Of a stretch of DNA of 32,000 bases, positions 25,694 to 32,000 are shown one piece after another. Made by a program: the position numbers and the translations under genes. The notes under the pieces were generated by a model that did no database searches, was not told the DNA's origin, and worked only from the letters and a program-made list of their open reading frames with translations. The first letter of the stretch is position 1. The number at the start of each line of letters is the position of its first letter. Source of the DNA: Fibrobacter succinogenes subsp. succinogenes S85 (lineage in GTDB: Bacteria > Fibrobacterota > Fibrobacteria > Fibrobacterales > Fibrobacteraceae); the NCBI RefSeq assembly GCF_000146505.1, contig NC_017448.1, positions 3,030,001 to 3,062,000 of the forward strand, given 5' to 3'.

Positions 25694-27100
25694 TTAAATT
25701 TTGATCCTGATCTTCTTCTGTTTATAGATTGATTGTCCGCCGTTGCAGATGTAAGCGACTGTGCAGACGATGAAGAATGCGGGGAGGCAATTGAATCCGA
25801 AGATTTCGCCGGCGATGAGGATGGGAGCCCAGAGCGTGTTGCTTGCGCTTGCGAACACGGCCGCAAAGCCGAGGGCTGCGGCAAGGGCAACAGGCGTTCC
25901 GAACATGCTTGCGATGAAAATTCCGAAGGAAGCACCGATGGCGAAAAGCGGGGTGACGGCACCGCCGATGAATCCGGCGGAGAGCGTAAGGATTGTGAGT
26001 GCAAATTTCAGAATCCAGTCATATCCGGCAACGTTCCCAATTAAGTCGGCGGTTCCGGCGGCACTCGCATTAGCAATGCCCGCGGAATCACCGGTAGCAT
26101 TAATCCCAAAACTCAAATCCAACAAGTTTGTTCCAAGTCCGGCATAACGACCTTGGAAAAATACGAGCAGCAAAGCGCTTATTCCAACGCCCATAATAGC
26201 GATTCGCTTGATGTTGTTCGGGAACTTCTTGGCAAAAAAGTTTTGCGAGAGTCCGAGGAGCTTTGCAAATCCGCCACCGACAATTCCGAAGAGCACGCCC
26301 ATCAGCGCAAGCTTCACGAGGAACTTTCCGTCGAGCGCACCTTCGTTCGTGAAAATGCTTGCCGAAAATCCGCTCGCATCTAGAAGCGAACTTAAGTCTA
26401 CGCTGAACTTGTGGAATCCAAGCATGCTCGAAACTTTGCAGGCGGTGAATGCGGCTGCTGCGGCGGGGAGCAATGCGCCAAGTTCCAAATGGCCAACGAG
26501 CAAAACTTCCAAAGCGAATGCTGTGGCTGCCATCGGGGCCTGGAAAATTCCGGCAAATCCTGCGGCAAGGCCTGTCACGAGCATAACATGCGCTGCGTTT
26601 TCAAATGGCAACTTCTTGCTTATGTTGTACGAAAGTGCGGAGCCTATTTGCATAGCAGCACCTTCACGACCTGCGCTTCCGCCGAAGAGTTGCGTCAGCC
26701 AAGTGCTCACTGCTGCCATCGGGATAGAGACGAGCGGGAAATCGGATTCCTTGTTGAGTCCTACGGCGAAGACCTGGTCCATGCCGCGTTCTGTCCAGCG
26801 TCCCCATTTCTTATAAGCGAATACAATTGCGGCACCGCCGATGGCAAGGGCGGGGATAAAGTACAACGGGTTTGCATCGCGGATGGCGGAGAGCCTGTCG
26901 CTGATGTCTCCAAAGCATGCGGTGAGTGCGCCGATGACTGCGCCGAGAATAATTCCGAGCAGCACAAATGTCGGTGTCGCAAGCCACTTGAGTAATTTTT
27001 CCTTTACGCGGACTTTTGCCATCTTCATCATCTGTTCTTTCATCTCGGGGCTGAACTGATTGAACTGTTGGCTCGCCTTGCTGAAGTCGCTGAAATTCAT
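25694..27100 (-). CDS. ClC-family voltage-gated chloride channel / H+-Cl- antiporter
   Basis: From ATG 27100 (MNFSDFSK...); the track ORF extends to 27232 through non-coding-looking sequence. GGSAGREGAAMQIG (GREGP-type selectivity motif), GIFQAPMAA and GGAVTPLFAIGASFG (GxFxP-type motif) are present. Confidence 0.85.
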   Translation of the reverse strand: MNFSDFSKASQQFNQFSPEMKEQMMKMAKVRVKEKLLKWLATPTFVLLGIILGAVIGALTACFGDISDRLSAIRDANPLYFIPALAIGGAAIVFAYKKWGRWTERGMDQVFAVGLNKESDFPLVSIPMAAVSTWLTQLFGGSAGREGAAMQIGSALSYNISKKLPFENAAHVMLVTGLAAGFAGIFQAPMAATAFALEVLLVGHLELGALLPAAAAAFTACKVSSMLGFHKFSVDLSSLLDASGFSASIFTNEGALDGKFLVKLALMGVLFGIVGGGFAKLLGLSQNFFAKKFPNNIKRIAIMGVGISALLLVFFQGRYAGLGTNLLDLSFGINATGDSAGIANASAAGTADLIGNVAGYDWILKFALTILTLSAGFIGGAVTPLFAIGASFGIFIASMFGTPVALAAALGFAAVFASASNTLWAPILIAGEIFGFNCLPAFFIVCTVAYICNGGQSIYKQKKIRIKI

Positions 27101-27312
27101 GTAAAATCCTGCTTTTGTTAAAATTTTTTCACGACAAAAATAGTAAAACGGAACGCCTTGTTCCGCTTTTTTGCGTGTTGTCAAATGCTCAATCCTTTTA
27201 CAACGTGAAATTAAAAAAAGAGGCTTTTGCAATGCGGCTAAATATATACTTAACTCAAGGATTGGATTGGTGTGGCGCTCAAAATGTATCGCTCAATTCT
27301 AAGGGATCAGAC

Positions 27313-30300
27313 ATGAAAAAAATCTTTTCTGGTGTAGCGTTATTTGGGATTAGTTTTGGTTTGGTTTTATCCGCTTGCGGTGATTCGAATTCTTCGGATT
27401 TCGGCATGGCGGCTCCGGGAATTGGTGAAATTAGCTCCGATTCCAATGACGGTCAATTGGGCGGTTGGTCCAGTTCGTCTTTTGCTCCGGGACTTTCTTC
27501 AGCTGGCATTCCGGGTAGCTCCTCTGCGGGTGTTCCGGGAACGTCGTCTCCTGTAGTTCAGTCATCTTCTTCGGCATTAGTTCCCACTTCTAGCGCTCAG
27601 GTTCCTCCGGCTTCGAGTGCCGCTACTGTTATTCCGCATTTCGAAGGGAATAGCCCGGTGTTCTTCTCGGAAGTTTCTCCGACAAATGCAAATCTCAAGG
27701 ACAATGACGGCAACGATCCAGGATGGGTTGAATTTTACAACTCGTCCGATGCTCCCGTCAATTTGAATGGGTATGCGCTTACGGATGATTTGTCTAATCC
27801 GCGTCGCTGGGTCTTTGGCAATGCGACTGTTCCTGCCAAAAGTTTCATGATCGTTTTCCTTTCGGGCAAGAATTATCCTGACTATGTCTTGCCTTCTGAT
27901 TCGCTTAATATGATGAGCTCGGATTGCAGTTCTGAATCTGCATCGGGTGGCATGGGCGGCTTCAACTTTGGCGATTTCGGTGGCGGAATGGGCAACTGGG
28001 GTGGCGGCGGCTGGGGCGGCAACATGGGCGGCAATACCGGTGCTGCATCATCTGGCAACAATGTCGAAAATTTGCAAGGTAAGTCTTCGCTCTGCTTTAG
28101 CGAAAATGGCTCTGTCCAGATTGGGTCTGTGATGAAGGTTGCCCAGGGTGGGGATTACTCTCGCGTGGTTGTCAAGACCAATAATGCGTCTAGCCTTAGC
28201 AAGGTCAACCAGCTTGTTGTCCGTGGCTTTATCACAAAAAATCATAAAATCCGTGTGAACTTTAAGGAAGGCGATTCGCTCAGCAGTTGGAGCGGCAAGA
28301 ATCTCCGCGGTACGGGTGATTTGTCATCGGTGTTCTATGTCCGCTTAGATGATAATGCGAAGGACCTCAAGCGCAATAATGTGACTGCAACGACGTTTGC
28401 AACTGAAACTCAGGGAAGTGAATCGACGACCATTCAGATTACGTCGTACATTGCTCGCAATCGCGGCCATGAACCGCATGCTTCGTTCAAGGTGGACAAG
28501 GATGGCGGTGCATTGTACTTTGTAAATGCCGAAGGCGCTTTGCTGGACTCTGTTCGTTTTGGTGCTGTTCCGACGACCGCATCCTGGTCTCGTGATGGTG
28601 CCGGCAAGTGGGGATTTGCGACTCCGTCGCCTTATGGCAATACGGCGGGTGAGGTCTTTGCCGAACAAGTTCAAGTTGCCGAAGTGAACATTCCGCCTTC
28701 TGGTTTCTACACGTCTGCGGTGACGGCGACATTCCCGGCGGGTACTCGTTGCGAACAGGGCGGTGCCGAACCGACTACAAATTCTCCGGTAGTGCAGACT
28801 ACGGTGACGATTAGCGCTACGACGGTTTTGCGTTGCCGTGCGTATGTCGGCGGCTCTTACCCGAGCGAAGAAATTATCCGTACTTATGTTTTCGAAAAGC
28901 AGCCCACGCTTGCCGCGCTTTTTGTGACGACCGATCCGCTTTCGATGTTCAGCCCCGATTCCGGCCTTTACATGACGGGCAATAATGCTTCGATGATGGA
29001 TCCGAAGAAGGGCGCAAACTTCTGGAGCAATCGCGAACTCCCGGTTTATGTGGAAATGTTTGAACCTGGCAAGCCGCAGGCTCCGGCGTTTGGCGTGATG
29101 GGCGACTACAAGATTTCTGGCCAGTACAGCCGTGCAAAAGAAAAGAAGTCCTTTGCGGTGACACTGCGCGAAGAGTATGGCGAAAAGCGCCTGAAATACA
29201 CGCTGTTCCCGGATTATCCGGAACTCAAGAAGTTTAAGGCCTTCTCGCTCAGAAACTTTGGTAACAATTCCGGCGACGATTACGTGCGCGACCGTGTGGG
29301 TACTTCGATGACGGAAGGCTTGGGCGTTGATTACCAGCGTGGCCGTTATGTTATCGTGTATTACAATGGCAAGTATTACGGTATCCACGACTTGCGCGAA
29401 CGCAATAACGAATACTATTACGAAACCAAGTACGGCTATGACCCGAACGATATTGACCTTCTTGCAACAACATCCAGCGGTACAGATGAAGCGAGTGTCG
29501 GTTCTTCTGCGGATTACAAATCTATGTTGGATTGGCTGCAGAACAACGATTTGAAATCGGATGCAAACTACAAGAAGATTGCAGACCAGGTTGATGTCGA
29601 CAACTACATGAATTACATGCAAGCCGAAATGTTCTTGAACAACAGCGACTGGCCGCACAACAACATGAAAAAGTGGCGTGTCGCAAGTCAGAAGACGAAG
29701 TGGAAATGGTTCATGTACGATACGGACTTTGGCTTCGGCGTGTCTTACAATACCCAGACCGGAAACGTGTTCAGCTATGTGACGAATGCTAGTGGCACAA
29801 GTGGCATGGGTATGGGAATGGGCTTCGGCATGGGTGGCATGGGCGGTGGCCAGCAGCAGGTGACGAACGGCTCTATTTCTCCGCACACGATTCTCATGAT
29901 TCGCTTGCTCAGTAACGAGGGCTTCAAGAATGCGTTTATCAACCGCTTTAGCGTGCTCCTTTCGATGAACTTCTCGGCGGATAGGCTCCTCAAGCGCATT
30001 AACGATTTGCAGTCACAGGTGGAACCTGAAGTGGCTCGTGATCAGGAATTCTGGGGTTATAATGCATCTAGCATGAGTAACGCTTTGGAAACGATAAAGA
30101 GCTTTGCCCAGACGCGTCAGGCTAAGGTCCGTGAACAGATGGAATCGTACTTTACGCTTTCTTCTCCGGTTGAAATGACGTTTACGGCGCAGGGTTCCGG
30201 CACGATTCTCGTGGATGGCCTTGCTCTGGATAAGTCTTCGATGACGGTCTCGCTTTACAGGGATGTGCCGGTCACGCTTACAGCTCAGGCAAATTCTGGC

Positions 30301-30393
30301 AGCACTTTCACGGGCTGGAGCGATGGTGTCACGGATATGACCCGCAAGGTGAACCCGGGTGAAGTCACGTCTGTTACCGCCGTGTTCAGGTAG
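27313..30393 (+). CDS. secreted lipoprotein with lamin-tail domain (LTD), CotH kinase-like domain and C-terminal InlB-B-repeat-like domain
   Basis: From ATG 27313 (MKKIFSGVALFGISFGLVLSACGDS, lipobox). A Ser-rich linker is followed by FFSEVSPTN...DPGWVEFYNSSDAPVNLNGYALTDD (LTD). The CotH-like core has FSLRNFGNNSGDDYVRDRV, YYGIHDLRERNN, NSDWPHNNMKKWR and FMYDTDFGFG. The tail has TFTGWSDGV. Confidence 0.7.
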   Translation: MKKIFSGVALFGISFGLVLSACGDSNSSDFGMAAPGIGEISSDSNDGQLGGWSSSSFAPGLSSAGIPGSSSAGVPGTSSPVVQSSSSALVPTSSAQVPPASSAATVIPHFEGNSPVFFSEVSPTNANLKDNDGNDPGWVEFYNSSDAPVNLNGYALTDDLSNPRRWVFGNATVPAKSFMIVFLSGKNYPDYVLPSDSLNMMSSDCSSESASGGMGGFNFGDFGGGMGNWGGGGWGGNMGGNTGAASSGNNVENLQGKSSLCFSENGSVQIGSVMKVAQGGDYSRVVVKTNNASSLSKVNQLVVRGFITKNHKIRVNFKEGDSLSSWSGKNLRGTGDLSSVFYVRLDDNAKDLKRNNVTATTFATETQGSESTTIQITSYIARNRGHEPHASFKVDKDGGALYFVNAEGALLDSVRFGAVPTTASWSRDGAGKWGFATPSPYGNTAGEVFAEQVQVAEVNIPPSGFYTSAVTATFPAGTRCEQGGAEPTTNSPVVQTTVTISATTVLRCRAYVGGSYPSEEIIRTYVFEKQPTLAALFVTTDPLSMFSPDSGLYMTGNNASMMDPKKGANFWSNRELPVYVEMFEPGKPQAPAFGVMGDYKISGQYSRAKEKKSFAVTLREEYGEKRLKYTLFPDYPELKKFKAFSLRNFGNNSGDDYVRDRVGTSMTEGLGVDYQRGRYVIVYYNGKYYGIHDLRERNNEYYYETKYGYDPNDIDLLATTSSGTDEASVGSSADYKSMLDWLQNNDLKSDANYKKIADQVDVDNYMNYMQAEMFLNNSDWPHNNMKKWRVASQKTKWKWFMYDTDFGFGVSYNTQTGNVFSYVTNASGTSGMGMGMGFGMGGMGGGQQQVTNGSISPHTILMIRLLSNEGFKNAFINRFSVLLSMNFSADRLLKRINDLQSQVEPEVARDQEFWGYNASSMSNALETIKSFAQTRQAKVREQMESYFTLSSPVEMTFTAQGSGTILVDGLALDKSSMTVSLYRDVPVTLTAQANSGSTFTGWSDGVTDMTRKVNPGEVTSVTAVFR

Positions 30394-30412
30394 TTTCACT
30401 CAACTGAAATCC

Positions 30413-30456
30413 AAAATAAAACAGCTAAACGGGAAACCGTTTAGCTGTTTTTGTTT
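30413..30456. terminator. bidirectional Rho-independent terminator between the convergent CotH and ACT genes
   Basis: ACAGCTAAACGG-GAAA-CCGTTTAGCTGT, flanked by AAAATAAA on one side and TTTTGTTT on the other. Confidence 0.75.
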
Positions 30457-30536
30457 GCAATAGCGTGCGTAGTTTAGTCCGCGCATTCGCGCATCTCGTC
30501 TGCGCGTTTAACTTGCACAGACTGCGCGACTCGCGT

Positions 30537-30962
30537 TTAGCCCAGCATTTCTGTGGTGCTGAGAGTCTTGAAGTTCTTTTCTTCCAAGACCTTGAGCGCC
30601 TTTTCGGTATCGCTGAAGCGAAGAATCATGACGTTCGTTGCCGTCGAGCATTCGGACGGGTAGGCGTACATGTAGTCAATCTGCAAGTCGCCGAGAACGT
30701 CGAGAAGGTCTGCAAGACCGCCGACCTTGTCTGCAACAGGGCATGCGACAACGTCGGTAACGGTTGCGCTGAGGCCAGCCTTGGCAAGGACATTGACAGC
30801 CTTTTCAGAATCGTTCACGATCAGGCGGATAAGGCCGAATTCGCCGGAATCGGCGAGCGTGAGCGAGAGAAGGTTAATGCCTGCATCAGCGAGCGAGCGG
30901 CAAACTGCCTGGAGACGGCCCGGGCGGTTCGACACGAAAACTAAAACCTGTGGAATTTTCAT
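30537..30962 (-). CDS. ACT-domain protein (tandem ACT)
   Basis: 141 aa. VLVFVSNRPGRLQAVCRSLADAGINLLSL and VACPVADKVGGLADLLDVLGDLQIDYMYAY follow the ACT beta-alpha-beta-beta-alpha-beta pattern. This family commonly follows paaK-like ligase genes. Confidence 0.7.
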   Translation of the reverse strand: MKIPQVLVFVSNRPGRLQAVCRSLADAGINLLSLTLADSGEFGLIRLIVNDSEKAVNVLAKAGLSATVTDVVACPVADKVGGLADLLDVLGDLQIDYMYAYPSECSTATNVMILRFSDTEKALKVLEEKNFKTLSTTEMLG

Positions 30963-30976
30963 TTTTTTTCTCCTTC

Positions 30977-32000
30977 TTAAATCTTCTTTCTGTTGTCGAT
31001 GACGCGCTTGGCCTTGCCTTCGCTACGCGGCAGAGAATCCGGTTCGCAGAGCGTGACAATCACGGAAATGCCGAGAATCTGTTCGATGGAGTGCTTGAAC
31101 TTCTTGGAGAGCTGTTCCATATCGCTCATGGAGTCGCTCACCATGTCGCGAGAAACTTCGACCTTGACTTCGAGCGTATCCATGTTGTTCTTGGTGTCGA
31201 GCACAATTTGGTAATGCGGCAAAGCCTTTTCTGCGCGGAGGAGAGCCGTTTCGATCTGGCTCGGGAACACGTTCACGCCACGCATGATAATCATGTCGTC
31301 GCTGCGGCGGCCGATGCGACGGATACGGCGGATGGTACGGCCGCAGGCGCACTTGGTCTTTTCAATAGCTGTGATGTCGCGGGTGCGGTAGCGGAGGATC
31401 GGCATAGCGCGCTTGCTGAGCGTGCTGATGACGAGTTCGCCTTCCTCGCCGTCCGGAAGCGGTTCAAGCGTTTCCGGGTCCACGATTTCAGGGTAGAAGT
31501 GGTCTTCGAAAATGTGGATGCCGTCGCGGCATTCGCATTCGCAACCTACGCCCGGGCCGACAATTTCAGAAAGTCCGTAAATGTCGTAAGCCTTGATGCC
31601 CGTCTTTTCTTCGATGTAGTCGCGCATGCCATCGCTCCACGGTTCAGCACCGAAGATGCCGCGCTTCACGTTCAACTTGGAAATGTCGACGCCCATCTTT
31701 TCGGCAACGTCGATAATGCGGACAAAGTAGCTCGGGGTGCCACCGACTGCGGTCACGCCGAAGTCCTTCATGAGCATCACCTGGCGTTCGGTATTACCGC
31801 CGCTAATCGGCACGACTGTGGCGCCGAGGGCTTCGAAACCGCCGTGAATGCCAAGACCGCCCGTAAAGAGGCCGTAGCCGTAGAAGTTCTGCACAATGTC
31901 TGTGCTGCGGAAACCGCAGGCGAGGAGGCCGCGCTTCACGACCTGGGCCCAGACTTCCATGTCTTCCTTGGTGTAACCGACAACAATCGGCTTACCGGTA
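30977..32000 (-). CDS. paaK: phenylacetate-CoA ligase family (PaaK-like adenylate-forming enzyme); N-terminus lies beyond the window end
   Basis: GGTPSYFVRI, FGAEPWSDGMR, YDIYGLSEIVGPGVGCEC, ILRYRTRDIT, GRRSDDMIIMRGVNVFPSQIE. The frame stays open to the window edge. Confidence 0.8.
   Translation of the reverse strand, partial: TGKPIVVGYTKEDMEVWAQVVKRGLLACGFRSTDIVQNFYGYGLFTGGLGIHGGFEALGATVVPISGGNTERQVMLMKDFGVTAVGGTPSYFVRIIDVAEKMGVDISKLNVKRGIFGAEPWSDGMRDYIEEKTGIKAYDIYGLSEIVGPGVGCECECRDGIHIFEDHFYPEIVDPETLEPLPDGEEGELVISTLSKRAMPILRYRTRDITAIEKTKCACGRTIRRIRRIGRRSDDMIIMRGVNVFPSQIETALLRAEKALPHYQIVLDTKNNMDTLEVKVEVSRDMVSDSMSDMEQLSKKFKHSIEQILGISVIVTLCEPDSLPRSEGKAKRVIDNRKKI

Noticed and set aside
27101-27232. 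44-aa N-terminal extension of the ClC ORF, and 27115-27312 extension of the CotH ORF
   Set aside because: The two extensions overlap each other in a divergent intergenic region. The ClC body starts sensibly at MNFSDF (27100), and the CotH protein starts at the signal peptide MKKIFSG (27313).
28345-29886. 513-aa ORF on the minus strand
   Set aside because: Antisense to the CotH-domain gene. The R/H/I-rich translation has no motifs. This is a shadow ORF.

Overview
Bacterial chromosomal window with a moderate-GC core. Gene content and Ser-rich lipoprotein linkers are reminiscent of Fibrobacter, but that is inference only. Core genes on the left are a GH16 glucanase lipoprotein, ybaK, a PAS-GGDEF cyclase, a Gfo/Idh/MocA oxidoreductase and glycogen phosphorylase. 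Core genes on the right are a GNAT, a histidine-phosphatase lipoprotein, an NAD(P)-binding protein, putP, a beta-barrel OMP, hemW, a ClC channel, an LTD-CotH lipoprotein, an ACT protein and paaK. They bracket a visibly AT-rich accessory island at about 6.0-17.75 kb. The island holds a RhuM + WYL (BrxR/CapW-like) regulator operon, a decayed toxin-antitoxin remnant, and nine genes in two convergent strings. The plus string has two translationally coupled unknowns, an HNH nuclease, a single-HKD PLD-type nuclease, a papain-like Cys peptidase, an unknown, and an ORF6N/PLD-like protein. The minus string has a tandem classical-AAA ATPase and a small SLOG/DUF2493-like protein. Each string is preceded by the same perfect 31-nt element in the same gene-relative orientation (inverted copies at 8640-8670 and 17712-17742). 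I read this as a duplicated promoter/operator that ties the strings into one candidate, apparently undescribed defence-type system. A second notable locus lies at 22.96-24.5 kb. It has three identical tRNA-Gly(GCC) genes, each with its own promoter and terminator, interleaved with four copies of a ~160-nt hairpin-rich element. The element comes in two sequence types with compensatory stem changes, shows G-U pairs only on the minus strand, and has 3' tails copying tRNA 3' ends. I treat it as a candidate structured RNA family. All family calls come from motif recognition by eye; no database search was possible.
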